Origin: Auanema rhodensis
Lineage: Eukaryota; Animalia; Nematoda
DNA length: 64,000 bases
Assembly: GCA_964057225.1 (NCBI GenBank)
Contig: OZ059894.1
Coordinates: forward strand, 20,026,001-20,090,000
Direction of reading: 5' to 3'
Shown: positions 25,621 to 40,700 of the stretch, piece by piece
Numbering within the stretch: the first letter of the stretch is position 1
Layout: each line of letters begins with the position of its first letter
Translations under genes and position numbers: made by a program
The notes under the pieces: generated by a model
Database searches by the model: none
Seen by the model: only the letters and a program-made list of their open reading frames with translations
Told to the model about the DNA's origin: nothing

Positions 25621-27024
25621 AAAGTAGATGTTTTTAGATTCCTTTTTTCAAGGCAAAGACGATGGCCAATGTTATTCAACGAAAAAATTAATTCTTCAGG
25701 GTGAAAATCGAGGATATAAGTGTGAACTTATATCAGTTGATATCTCGGTGTATTTTTAAGCTAGCGCAAATCTGATAACACAGATCGACGCAGCTTAAAA
25801 ATCCGCATCGAATGCACTATACTACATTGAGAAACGCTCAATACAAAAATTAGTTATGATCGTTTGAAAAATGATGCATTAGTGTATGTTGAGTTTCCAT
25901 GTACACTCAACATTGCTTCCAAAAACATTTTGACAAAAATTTTTCGAAAAATTTCAAAATAAATTAGCAAAAAGTAGATGTTTTTAGATTCCTTTTTTCA
26001 AGGCAAAGACGATGGACAATGTTATTCAACGAAAAAATTAATTCTTCAGGGTGAAAATCGAGGATATAAGTGTGAACTTATATCAGTTGATATCTCGGTG
26101 TATTTTTAAGCTAGCGCAAATCTGATAACACAGATCGACGCAGCTTGAAAATCCGCATCGAATGCACTATACTACATTGAGAAACGCTTAATACAAAAAT
26201 TAGTTATGATCGTTTGAAAAATGATGCATTAGTGTATGTTGAGTTTCCATGTACACTCAACATTGCTTCCAAAAACATTTTGACAAAAATTTTTTCAAAA
26301 AATTTCAAAATAAATTAGCAAAAAGTAGATGTTTTTAGATTCCTTTTTTCAAGGCAAAGACGATGGACAATGTTATACAACGAAAAAATTAATTCTTCAG
26401 GGTGAAAATCGAGGATATAAGTGTGAACTTATATCAGTTGATATCTCGGTGCATTTTCAAGCTAGCGCAAATCTGATAACACAGATCGACGCAGCTTAAA
26501 AATCCGCATCGAATGCATTATACTACATTGAGAAACGCTCAATACAAAAATTAGTTATGATCGTTTGAAAAATGATGCATTAGTGTATGTTGAGTTTCCA
26601 TGTACACTCAACATTGCTTCCAAAAACATTTTGACAAAAATTTTTCGAAAAATTTCAAAATAAATTAGCAAAAAGTAGATGTTTTTAGATTCCTTTTTTC
26701 AAGGCAAAGACGATGGACAATGTTATTCAACGAAAAAATTAATTCTTCAGGGTGAAAATCGAGGATATAAGTGTGAACTTATATCAGTTGATATCTCGGT
26801 GCATTTTCAAGCTAGCGCAAATCTGATAACACAGATCGACGCAGCTTAAAAATCCGCATCGAATGCACTATACTTCATTGAGAAACGCTTAATACAAAAA
26901 TTAGTTATGATCGTTTGAAAAATGATGCATTAGTGTATGTTGAGTTTCCATGTACACTCAACATTGCTTCCAAAAACATTTTGACAAAAATGTTTTCGAA
27001 AAATTTCAAAATAAATTAGCAAAA

Positions 27025-30000
27025 AGTAGATGTTTTTAGATTCCTTTTTTCAAGGCAAAGACGATGGACAATGTTATTCAACGAAAAAATTAATTCTTCA
27101 GGGTGAAAATCGAGGATATAAGTGTGAACTTATATCAGTTGATATCTCGGTGCATTTTTAAGCTAGCGCAAATCTGATAACACAGATCGACGCAGCTTAA
27201 AAATCCGCATCGAATGCAGTATACTACATTGAGAAACGCTTAAAACAAAAATTAGTTATGATCGTTTGAAAAATGATGCATTAGTGTATGTTGAGTTTCC
27301 ATGTACACTCAACATTGCTTCCAAAAACATTTTGACAAAAATTTTTTCGAAAAATTTCAGAATAATTTAGCAAAAAGTAGATGTTTTTAGATTCCTTTTT
27401 TCAAGACAAAGACGATGGACAATGTTATTCAACGATAAAATCAATTCTTCAGGGTGAAAATCGAGGATATAAGTGTGAACTTATATCAGTTGATATCTCG
27501 GTGCATTTTTAAGCTAGCGCAAATCTGATAACACAGATCGACGCAGCTTAAAAATCCGCATCGAATGCACTATACTACATTGAGAAACGCTCAATACAAA
27601 AATTAGTTATGATCGTTTGAAAAATGATGCATTAGTGTATGTTGAGTTTCCATGTACACTCAACATTGCTTCCAAAAACATTTTGACAAAAATTTTTTCG
27701 AAAAATTTCAGAATAATTTAGCAAAAAGTAGATGTTTTTAGATTCCTTTTTTTAAGGCAAAGACGATGGACAATGTTATTCAACGATAAAATTAATTCTT
27801 CAGGGTGAAAATCGAGGATATAAGTGTGAACTTATATCAGTTGATATCTCGGTGCATTTTTAAGCTAGCGCAAATCTGATAACACAGATCGACGCAGCTT
27901 AAAAATCCGCATCGAATGCACTTTACTACATTAAGAAACGCTCAATACAAAAATTAGTTATGATCGTTTGAAAAATGATGCATTAGTGTATGTTGAGTTT
28001 CCATGTACACTCAACATTGCTTCCAAAAACATTTTGACAAAAATTTTTTCGAAAAATTTCAGAATAATTTAGCAAAAAGTAGATGTTTTTAGATTCCTTT
28101 TTTCAAGACAAAGACGATGGACAATGTTATTCAACGATAAAATCAATTCTTCAGGGTGAAAATCGAGGATATAAGTGTGAACTTATATCAGTTGATATCT
28201 CGGTGCATTTTTAAGCTAGCGCAAATCTGATAACACAGATCGACGCAGCTTAAAAATCCGCATCGAATGCACTATACTACATTGAGAAACGCTCAATACA
28301 AAAATTAGTTATGATCGTTTGAAAAATGATGCATTAGTGTATGTTGAGTTTCCATGTACACTCAACATTGCTTCCAAAAACATTTTGACAAAAATTTTTT
28401 CGAAAAATTTCAGAATAATTTAGCAAAAAGTAGATGTTTTTAGATTCCTTTTTTCAAGACAAAGACGATGGACAATGTTATTCAACGATAAAATCAATTC
28501 TTCAGGGTGAAAATCGAGGATATAAGTGTGAACTTATATCAGTTGATATCTCGGTGCATTTTTAAGCTAGCGCAAATCTGATAACACAGATCGACGCAGC
28601 TTAAAAATCCGCATCGAATGCACTATACTACATTGAGAAACGCTCAATACAAAAATTAGTTATGATCGTTTGAAAAATGATGCATTAGTGTATGTTGAGT
28701 TTCCATGTACACTCAACATTGCTTCCAAAAACATTTTGACAAAAATTTTTTCGAAAAATTTCAGAATAAATTAGCAAAAAGTAGATGTTTTTAGATTCCT
28801 TTTTTCAAGGCAAAGACGATGGTCAATGTTATTCAACGAAAAAATTAATTCTTCAGGGTGAAAATCGAGGATATAAGTGTGAACTTATATCAGTTGATAT
28901 CTCGGTGCATTTTTAAGCTAGCGCAAATCTGATAACACAGATCGACGCAGCTTAAAAATCCGCATCGAATGCACTTTACTACATTAAGAAACGCTCAATA
29001 CAAAAATTAGTTATGATCGTTTGAAAAATGATGCATTAGTTTATGTTGAGTTTCCATGTACACTCAACATTGCTTCCAAAAACATTTTGACAAAAATTTT
29101 TTCGAAAAATTTCAAAATAAATTAGCAAAAAGTAGATGTTTTTAGATTCCTTTTTTCAAGGCAAAGACGATGGACAATGTTATTCAACGAAAAAATTAAT
29201 TCTTCAGGGTGAAAATCGAGGATATAAGTGTGAACTTATATCAGTTGATATCTCGGTGCATTTTTAAGCTAGCGCAAATCTGATAACACAGATCGACGCA
29301 GCTTAAAAATCCGCATCGAATGCAGTATACTACATTGAAAAACGCTTAATACAAAAATTAGTTATGATCGTTTGAAAAATGATGCATTAGTGTATGTTGA
29401 GTTTCCATGTACACTCAACATTGCTTCCAAAAACATTTTGACAAAAATTTTTTCGAAAAATTTCAAAATAATTTAGCAAAAAGTAGATGTTTTTAGATTC
29501 CTTTTTTCAAGGCAAAGACGATGGATAATGTTATTCAACGAAAAAATTAATTCTTCAGGGTGAAAATCGAGGATATAAGTGTGAACTTATATCAGTTGAT
29601 ATCTCGGTGCATTTTTAAGCTAGCGCAAATCTGATAACACAGATCGACGCAGCTTAAAAATCCGCATCGAATGCACTATACTACATTGAGAAACGCTTAA
29701 TACAAAAATTAGTTATGATCGTTTGAAAAATGATGCATTAGTGTATGTTGAGTTTCCATGTACACTCAACATTGCTTCCAAAAACATTTTGACAAAAATT
29801 TTTTCGAAAAATTTCAAAATAAATTAGCAAAAAGTAGATGTTTTTAGATTCCTTTTTTCAAGGCAAAGACGATGGACAATGTTATTCAACGAAAAAATTA
29901 ATTCTTCAGGGTGAAAATCGAGGATATAAGTGTGAACTTATATCAGTTGATATCTCGGTGCATTTTTAAGCTAGCGCAAATCTGATAACACAGATCGACG

Positions 30001-33000
30001 CAGCTTAAAAATCCGCATCGAATGCAGTATACTACATTGAGAAACGCTTAAAACAAAAATTAGTTATGATCGTTTGAAAAATGATGCATTAGTGTATGTT
30101 GAGTTTCCATGTACACTCAACATTGCTTCCAAAAACATTTTGACAAAAATTTTTTCGAAAAATTTCAGAATAATTTAGCAAAAAGTAGATATTTTTAGAT
30201 TCCTTTTTTCAAGACAAAGACGATGGACAATGTTATTCAACGATAAAATCAATTCTTCAGGGTAAAAATCGAGGATATAAGTGTGAACTTATATCAGTTG
30301 ATATCTCGGTGCATTTTTAAGCTAGCGCAAATCTGATAACACAGATCGACGCAGCTTAAAAATCCGCATCGAATGCACTATACTACATTGAGAAACGCTC
30401 AATACAAAAATTAGTTATGATCGTTTGAAAAATGATGCATTAGTGTATGTTGAGTTTCCATGTACACTCAACATTGCTTCCAAAAACATTTTGACAAAAA
30501 TTTTTTCGAAAAATTTCAGAATAATTTAGCAAAAAGTAGATGTTTTTAGATTCCTTTTTTTAAGGCAAAGACGATGGACAATGTTATTCAACGATAAAAT
30601 TAATTCTTCAGGGTGAAAATCGAGGATATAAGTGTGAACTTATATCAGTTGATATCTCGGTGCATTTTTAAGCTAGCGCAAATCTGATAACACAGATCGA
30701 CGCAGCTTAAAAATCCGCATCGAATGCACTTTACTACATTAAGAAACGCTCAATACAAAAATGAGTTATGATCGTTTGAAAAATGATGCATTAGTGTATG
30801 TTGAGTTTCCATGTACACTCAACATTGCTTCCAAAAACATTTTGACAAAAATTTTTTCGAAAAATTTCAGAATAATTTAGCAAAAAGTAGATGTTTTTAG
30901 ATTCCTTTTTTCAAGACAAAGACGATGGACAATGTTATTCAACGATAAAATCAATTCTTCAGGGTGAAAATCGAGGATATAAGTGTGAACTTATATCAGT
31001 TGATATCTCGGTGCATTTTTAAGCTAGCGCAAATCTGATAACACAGATCGACGCAGCTTAAAAATCCGCATCGAATGCACTATACTACATTGAGAAACGC
31101 TCAATACAAAAATTAGTTATGATCGTTTGAAAAATGATGCATTAGTGTATGTTGAGTTTCCATGTACACTCAACATTGCTTCCAAAAACATTTTGACAAA
31201 AATTTTTTCGAAAAATTTCAGAATAATTTAGCAAAAAGTAGATGTTTTTAGATTCCTTTTTTTAAGGCAAAGACGATGGACAATGTTATTCAACGATAAA
31301 ATTAATTCTTCAGGGTGAAAATCGAGGATATAAGTGTGAACTTATATCAGTTGATATCTCGGTGCATTTTTAAGCTAGCGCAAATCTGATAACACAGATC
31401 GACGCAGCTTAAAAATCCGCATCGAATGCACTTTACTACATTAAGAAACGCTCAATACAAAAATGAGTTATGATCGTTTGAAAAATGATGCATTAGTGTA
31501 TGTTGAGTTTCCATGTACACTCAACATTGCTTCCAAAAACATTTTGACAAAAATTTTTTCGAAAAATTTCAGAATAATTTAGCAAAAAGTAGATGTTTTT
31601 AGATTCCTTTTTTCAAGACAAAGACGATGGACAATGTTATTCAACGATAAAATCAATTCTTCAGGGTGAAAATCGAGGATATAAGTGTGAACTTATATCA
31701 GTTGATATCTCGGTGCATTTTTAAGCTAGCGCAAATCTGATAACACAGATCGACGCAGCTTAAAAATCCGCATCGAATGCACTATACTACATTGAGAAAC
31801 GCTCAATACAAAAATTAGTTATGATCGTTTGAAAAATGATGCATTAGTGTATGTTGAGTTTCCATGTACACTCAACATTGCTTCCAAAAACATTTTGACA
31901 AAAATTTTTTCGAAAAATTTCAGAATAAATTAGCAAAAAGTAGATGTTTTTAGATTCCTTTTTTCAAGGCAAAGACGATGGTCAATGTTATTCAACGAAA
32001 AAATTAATTCTTCAGGGTGAAAATCGAGGATATAAGTGTGAACTTATATCAGTTGATATCTCGGTGCATTTTTAAGCTAGCGCAAATCTGATAACACAGA
32101 TCGACGCAGCTTAAAAATCCGCATCGAATGCACTTTACTACATTAAGAAACGCTCAATACAAAAATTAGTTATGATCGTTTGAAAAATGATGCATTAGTT
32201 TATGTTGAGTTTCCATGTACACTCAACATTGCTTCCAAAAACATTTTGACAAAAATTTTTTCGAAAAATTTCAAAATAAATTAGCAAAAAGTAGATGTTT
32301 TTAGATTCCTTTTTTCAAGGCAAAGACGATGGACAATGTTATTCAACGAAAAAATTAATTCTTCAGGGTGAAAATCGAGGATATAAGTGTGAACTTATAT
32401 CAGTTGATATCTCGGTGCATTTTTAAGCTAGCGCAAATCTGATAACACAGATCGACGCAGCTTAAAAATCCGCATCGAATGCAGTATACTACATTGAAAA
32501 ACGCTTAATACAAAAATTAGTTATGATCGTTTGAAAAATGATGCATTAGTGTATGTTGAGTTTCCATGTACACTCAACATTGCTTCCAAAAACATTTTGA
32601 CAAAAATTTTTTCGAAAAATTTCAAAATAATTTAGCAAAAAGTAGATGTTTTTAGATTCCTTTTTTCAAGGCAAAGACGATGGACAATGTTATTCAACGA
32701 AAAAATTAATTCTTCAGGGTGAAAATCGAGGATATAAGTGTGAACTTATATCAGTTGATATCTCGGTGCATTTTTAAGCTAGCGCAAATCTGATAACACA
32801 GATCGACGCAGCTTAAAAATCCGCATCGAATGCACTATACTACATTGAGAAACGCTTAATACAAAAATTAGTTATGATCGTTAGAAAAATGATGCATTAG
32901 TGTATGTTGAGTTTCCATGTACACTCAACATTGCTTCCAAAAACATTTTGACAAAAATTTTTTCGAAAAATTTCAAAATAAATTAGCAAAAAGTAGATGT

Positions 33001-34745
33001 TTTTAGATTCCTTTTTTCAAGGCAAAGACGATGGACAATGTTATTCAACGAAAAAATTAATTCTTCAGGGTGAAAATCGAGGATATAAGTGTGAACTTAT
33101 ATCAGTTGATATCTCGGTGCATTTTTAAGCTAGCGCAAATCTGATAACACAGATCGACGCAGCTTAAAAATCCGCATCGAATGCAGTATACTACATTGAG
33201 AAACGCTTAAAACAAAAATTAGTTATGATCGTTTGAAAAATGATGCATTAGTGTATGTTGAGTTTCCATGTACACTCAACATTGCTTCCAAAAACATTTT
33301 GACAAAAATTTTTTCGAAAAATTTCAGAATAATTTAGCAAAAAGTAGATATTTTTAGATTCCTTTTTTCAAGACAAAGACGATGGACAATGTTATTCAAC
33401 GATAAAATCAATTCTTCAGGGTGAAAATCGAGGATATAAGTGTGAACTTATATCAGTTGATATCTCGGTGCATTTTTAAGCTAGCGCAAATCTGATAACA
33501 CAGATCGACGCAGCTTAAAAATCCGCATCGAATGCACTATACTACATTGAGAAACGCTCAATACAAAAATTAGTTATGATCGTTTGAAAAATGATGCATT
33601 AGTGTATGTTGAGTTTCCATGTACACTCAACATTGCTTCCAAAAACATTTTGATAAAAATTTTTTCGAAAAATTTCAGAATAATTTAGCAAAAAGTAGAT
33701 GTTTTTAGATTCCTTTTTTTAAGGCAAAGACGATGGACAATGTTATTCAACGATAAAATTAATTCTTCAGGGTGAAAATCGAGGATATAAGTGTGAACTT
33801 ATATCAGTTGATATCTCGGTGCATTTTTAAGCTAGCGCAAATCTGATAACACAGATCGACGCAGCTTAAAAATCCGCATCGAATGCACTTTACTACATTA
33901 AGAAACGCTCAATACAAAAATTAGTTATGATCGTTTGAAAAATGATGCATTAGTGTATGTTGAGTTTCCATGTACACTCAACATTGCTTCCAAAAACATT
34001 TTGACAAAAATTTTTTCGAAAAATTTCAGAATAATTTAGCAAAAAGTAGATGTTTTTAGATTCCTTTTTTCAAGACAAAGACGATGGACAATGTTATTCA
34101 ACGATAAAATCAATTCTTCAGGGTGAAAATCGAGGATATAAGTGTGAACTTATATCAGTTGATATCTCGGTGCATTTTTAAGCTAGCGCAAATCTGATAA
34201 CACAGATCGACGCAGCTTAAAAATCCGCATCGAATGCACTATACTACATTGAGAAACGCTCAATACAAAAATTAGTTATGATCGTTTGAAAAATGATGCA
34301 TTAGTGTATGTTGAGTTTCCATGTACACTCAACATTGCTTCCAAAAACATTTTGACAAAAATTTTTTCGAAAAATTTCAGAATAAATTAGCAAAAAGTAG
34401 ATGTTTTTAGATTCCTTTTTTCAAGGCAAAGACGATGGTCAATGTTATTCAACGAAAAAATTAATTCTTCAGGGTGAAAATCGAGGATATAAGTGTGAAC
34501 TTATATCAGTTGATATCTCGGTGCATTTTTAAGCTAGCGCAAATCTGATAACACAGATCGACGCAGCTTAAAAATCCGCATCGAATGCACTTTACTACAT
34601 TAAGAAACGCTCAATACAAAAATTAGTTATGATCGTTTGAAAAATGATGCATTAGTTTATGTTGAGTTTCCATGTACACTCAACATTGCTTCCAAAAACA
34701 TTTTGACAAAAATTTTTTCGAAAAATTTCAAAATAATTTAGCAAA
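27025..34745. repeat. Variable-length higher-order repeat (7/8/9 monomers), about 2.7 copies
   Basis: GGTCAAT at 28823/31982/34439 (offsets 9x351, 7x351); TTAAAACAAAA near 27243/30051/33210 (8x351, 9x351); TAGTTTATG near 29041/32200/34657. Confidence 0.85.
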
Positions 34746-37700
34746 AAGTAGATGTTTTTAGATTCCTTTTTTCAAGGCAAAGACGATGGACAATGTTATT
34801 CAACGAAAAAATTAATTCTTCAGGGTGAAAATCGAGGATATAAGTGTGAACTTATATCAGTTGATATCTCGGTGCATTTTTAAGCTAGCGCAAATCTGAT
34901 AACACAGATCGACGCAGCTTAAAAATCCGCATCGAATGCACTATACTACATTGAGAAACGCTTAATACAAAAATTAGTTATGATCGTTTGAAAAATGATG
35001 CATTAGTGTATGTTGAGTTTCCATGTACACTCAACATTGCTTCCAAAAACATTTTGACAAAAATTTTTTCGAAAAATTTCAAAATAATTTAGCAAAAAGT
35101 AGATGTTTTTAGATTCCTTTTTTCAAGGCAAAGACGATGGACAATGTTATTCAACGAAAAAATTAATTCTTCAGGGTGAAAATCGAGGATATAAGTGTGA
35201 ACTTATATCAGTTGATATCTCGGTGCATTTTTAAGCTAGCGCAAATCTGATAACACAGATCGACGCAGCTTAAAAATCCGCATCGAATGCACTATACTAC
35301 ATTGAGAAACGCTTAATACAAAAATTAGTTATGATCGTTTGAAAAATGATGCATTAGTGTATGTTGAGTTTCCATGTACACTCAACATTGCTTCCAAAAA
35401 CATTTTGACAAAAATTTTTTCGAAAAATTTCAAAATAATTTAGCAAAAAGTAGATGTTTTTAGATTCCTTTTTTCAAGGCAAAGACGATGGACAATGTTA
35501 TTCAACGATAAAATTAATTCTTCAGGGTGAAAATCGAGGATATAAGTGTGAACTTATATCAGTTGATATCTCGGTGCATTTTTAAGCTAGCGCAAATCTG
35601 ATAACACAGATCGACGCAGCTTAAAAATCCGCATCGAATGCACTATACTACATTGAGAAACGCTTAATACAAAAATTAGTTATGATCGTTTGAAAAATGA
35701 TGCATTAGTGTATGTTGAGTTTCCATGTACACTCAACATTGCTTCCAAAAACATTTTGACAAAAATTTTTTCGAAAAATTTCAAGATAATTTAGCAAAAA
35801 GTAGATGTTTTTAGATTCCTTTTTTCAAGGCAAAGACGATGGACAATGTTATTCAACGATAAAATTAATTCTTCAGGGTGAAAATCGAGGATATAAGTGT
35901 GAACTTATATCAGTTGATATCTCGGTGCATTTTTAAGCTAGCGCAAATCTGATAACACAGATCGACGCAGCTTAAAAATCCGCATCGAATGCACTATACT
36001 ACATTGAGAAACGCTTAATACAAAAATTAGTTATGATCGTTTGAAAAATGATGCATTAGTGTATGTTGAGTTTCCATGTACACTCAACATTGCTTCCAAA
36101 AACATTTTGACAAACATTTTTTCGAAAAATTTCAAAATAATTTAGCAAAAAGTAGATGTTTTTAGATTCCTTTTTTCAAGGCAAAGACGATGGACAATGT
36201 TATTCAACGATAAAATTAATTCTTCAGGGTGAAAATCGAGGATATAAGTGTGAACTTATATCAGTTGATATCTCGGTGCATTTTTAAGCTAGCGCAAATC
36301 TGATAACACAGATCGACGCAGCTTAAAAATCCGCATCGAATGCACTATACTACATTGAGAAACGCTCAATACAAAAATTAGTTATGATCGTTTGAAAAAT
36401 GATGCATTAGTGTATGTTGAGTTTCCATGTACACTCAACATTGCTTCCAAAAACATTTTGACAAAAATTTTTTCAAAAAATTTCAAAATAAATTAGCTAA
36501 AAGTAGATGTTTTTAGATTCCTTTTTTTAAGGCAAAGACGATGGACAATGTTATTCAACGAAAAAATTAATTCTTCAGGGTGAAAATCGAGGATATAAGT
36601 GTGAACTTATATCAGTTGATATCTCGGTGCATTTTTAAGCTAGCGCAAATCTGATAACACAGATCGACGCAGCTTAAAAATCCGCATCGAATGCACTATA
36701 CTACATTGAGAAACGCTCAATACAAAAATTAGTTATGATCGTTTGAAAAATGATGCATTAGTGTATGTTGAGTTTCCATGTACACTCAACATTGCTTCCA
36801 AAAACATTTTGACAAAAATTTTTTCGAAAAATTTCAAAATAATTTAGCAAAAAGTAGATGTTTTTAGATTCCTTTTTTCAAGGCAAAGACGATGGACAAT
36901 GTTATTCAACGAAAAAATTAATTCTTCAGGGTGAAAATCGAGGATATAAGTGTGAACTTATATCAGTTGATATCTCGGTGCATTTTTAAGCTAGCGCAAA
37001 TCTGATAACACAGATCGACGCAGCTTAAAAATCCGCATCGAATGCACTATACTACATTGAGAAACGCTTAATACAAAAATTAGTTATGATCGTTTGAAAA
37101 ATGATGCATTAGTGTATGTTGAGTTTCCATGTACACTCAACATTGCTTCCAAAAACATTTTGACAAAAATTTTTTCGAAAAATTTCAAAATAATTTAGCA
37201 AAAAGTAGATGTTTTTAGATTCCTTTTTTCAAGGCAAAGACGATGGACAATGTTATTCAACGATAAAATTAATTCTTCAGGGTGAAAATCGAGGATATAA
37301 GTGTGAACTTATATCAGTTGATATCTCGGTGCATTTTTAAGCTAGCGCAAATCTGATAACACAGATCGACGCAGCTTAAAAATCCGCATCGAATGCACTA
37401 TACTACATTGAGAAACGCTTAATACAAAAATTAGTTATGATCGTTTGAAAAATGATGCATTAGTGTATGTTGAGTTTCCATGTACACTCAACATTGCTTC
37501 CAAAAACATTTTGACAAAAATTTTTTCGAAAAATTTCAAAATAATTTAGCAAAAAGTAGATGTTTTTAGATTCCTTTTTTCAAGGCAAAGACGATGGACA
37601 ATGTTATTCAACGATAAAATTAATTCTTCAGGGTGAAAATCGAGGATATAAGTGTGAACTTATATCAGTTGATATCTCGGTGCATTTTTAAGCTAGCGCA

Positions 37701-40700
37701 AATCTGATAACACAGATCGACGCAGCTTAAAAATCCGCATCGAATGCACTATACTACATTGAGAAACGCTTAATACAAAAATTAGTTATGATCGTTTGAA
37801 AAATGATGCATTAGTGTATGTTGAGTTTCCATGTACACTCAACATTGCTTCCAAAAACATTTTGACAAAAATTTTTTCGAAAAATTTCAAAATAATTTAG
37901 CAAAAAGTAGATGTTTTTAGATTCCTTTTTTCAAGGCAAAGACGATGGACAATGTTATTCAACGATAAAATTAATTCTTCAGGGTGAAAATCGAGGATAT
38001 AAGTGTGAACTTATATCAGTTGATATCTCGGTGCATTTTTAAGCTAGCGCAAATCTGATAACACAGATCGACGCAGCTTAAAAATCCGCATCGAATGCAC
38101 TATACTACATTGAGAAACGCTCAATACAAAAATTAGTTATGATCGTTTGAAAAATGATGCATTAGTGTATGTTGAGTTTCCATGTACACTCAACATTGCT
38201 TCCAAAAACATTTTGACAAAAATTTTTTCAAAAAATTTCAAAATAAATTAGCTAAAAGTAGATGTTTTTAGATTCCTTTTTTTAAGGCAAAGACGATGGA
38301 CAATGTTATTCAACGAAAAAATTAATTCTTCAGGGTGAAAATCGAGGATATAAGTGTGAACTTATATCAGTTGATATCTCGGTGCATTTTTAAGCTAGCG
38401 CAAATCTGATAACACAGATCGACGCAGCTTAAAAATCCGCATCGAATGCACTATACTACATTGAGAAACGCTCAATACAAAAATTAGTTATGATCGTTTG
38501 AAAAATGATGCATTAGTGTATGTTGAGTTTCCATGTACACTCAACATTGCTTCCAAAAACATTTTGACAAAAATTTTTTCAAAAAATTTCAAGATAAATT
38601 AGCAAAAAGTAGATGTTTTTAGATTCCTTTTTTCAAGGCAAAGACGATGGACAATGTTATTCAACGATAAAATTAATTCTTCAGGGTGAAAATCGAGGAT
38701 ATAAGTGTGAACTTATATCAGTTGATATCTCGGTGCATTTTTAAGCTAGCGCAAATCTGATAACACAGATCGACGCAGCTTAAAAATCCGCATCGAATGC
38801 ACTATACTACATTGAGAAACGCTTAATACAAAAATTAGTTATGATCGTTTGAAAAATGATGCATTAGTATATGTTGAGTTTCCATGTACACTCAACATTG
38901 CTTCCAAAAACATTTTGACAAAAATTTTTTTCAAAAAATTTCAAAATAAATTAGCAAAAAGTAGATGTTTTTAGATTCCTTTTTTCAAGGCAAAGACGAT
39001 GGACAATGTTATTCAACGAAAAAATTAATTCTTCAGGGTGAAAATCGAGGATATAAGTGTGAACTTATATCAGTTGATATCTCGGTGCATTTTTAAGCTA
39101 GCGCAAATCTGATAACACAGATCGACGCAGCTTAAAAATCCGCATCGAATGCACTATACTACATTGAGAAACGCTTAATACAAAAATTAGTTATGATCGT
39201 TTGAAAAATGATGCATTAGTGTATGTTGAGTTTCCATGTACACTCAACATTGCTTCCAAAAACATTTTGACAAAAATTTTTTTCAAAAAATTTCAAAATA
39301 AATTAGCAAAAAGTAGATGTTTTTAGATTCCTTTTTTCAAGACAAAGACGATGGACAATGTTATTCAACGATAAAATCAATTCTTCAGGGTGAAAATCGA
39401 GGATATAAGTGTGAACTTATATCAGTTGATATCTCGGTGCATTTTTAAGCTAGCGCAAATCTGATAACACAGATCGACGCAGCTTAAAAATCCGCATCGA
39501 ATGCAGTATACTACATTGAGAAACGCTTAATACAAAAATTAGTTATGATCGTTTGAAAAATGATGCATTAGTGTATGTTGAGTTTCCATGTACACTCAAC
39601 ATTGCTTCCAAAAACATTTTGACAAAAATTTTTTCGAAAAATTTCAAAATAATTTAGCAAAAAGTAGATGTTTTTAGATTCCTTTTTTCAAGGCAAAGAC
39701 GATGGACAATGTTATTCAACGAAAAAATTAATTCTTCAGGGTGAAAATCGAGGATATAAGTGTGAACTTATATCAGTTGATATCTCGGTGCATTTTTAAG
39801 CTAGCGCAAATCTGATAACACAGATCGACGCAGCTTAAAAATCCGCATCGAATGCACTATACCACATTGAGAAACGCTTAATACAAAAATTAGTTATGAT
39901 CGTTTGAAAAATGATGCATTAGTGTATGTTGAGTTTCCATGTACACTCAACATTGCTTCCAAAAACATTTTGACAAAAATTTTTTCGAAAAATTTCAAAA
40001 TAATTTAGCAAAAAGTAGATGTTTTTAGATTCCTTTTTTCAAGGCAAAGACGATGGACAATGTTATTCAACGATAAAATTAATTCTTCAGGGTGAAAATC
40101 GAGGATATAAGTGTGAACTTATATCAGTTGATATCTCGGTGCATTTTTAAGCTAGCGCAAATCTGATAACACAGATCGACGCAGCTTAAAAATCCGCATC
40201 GAATGCACTATACCACATTGAGAAACGCTTAATACAAAAATTAGTTATGATCGTTTGAAAAATGATGCATTAGTGTATGTTGAGTTTCCATGTACACTCA
40301 ACATTGCTTCCAAAAACATTTTGACAAAAATTTTTTCGAAAAATTTCAAAATAATTTAGCAAAAAGTAGATGTTTTTAGATTCCTTTTTTCAAGGCAAAG
40401 ACGATGGACAATGTTATTCAACGATAAAATTAATTCTTCAGGGTGAAAATCGAGGATATAAGTGTGAACTTATATCAGTTGATATCTCGGTGCATTTTTA
40501 AGCTAGCGCAAATCTGATAACACAGATCGACGCAGCTTAAAAATCCGCATCGAATGCACTATACTACATTGAGAAACGCTCAATACAAAAATTAGTTATG
40601 ATCGTTTGAAAAATGATGCATTAGTGTATGTTGAGTTTCCATGTACACTCAACATTGCTTCCAAAAACATTTTGACAAAAATTTTTTCAAAAAATTTCAA

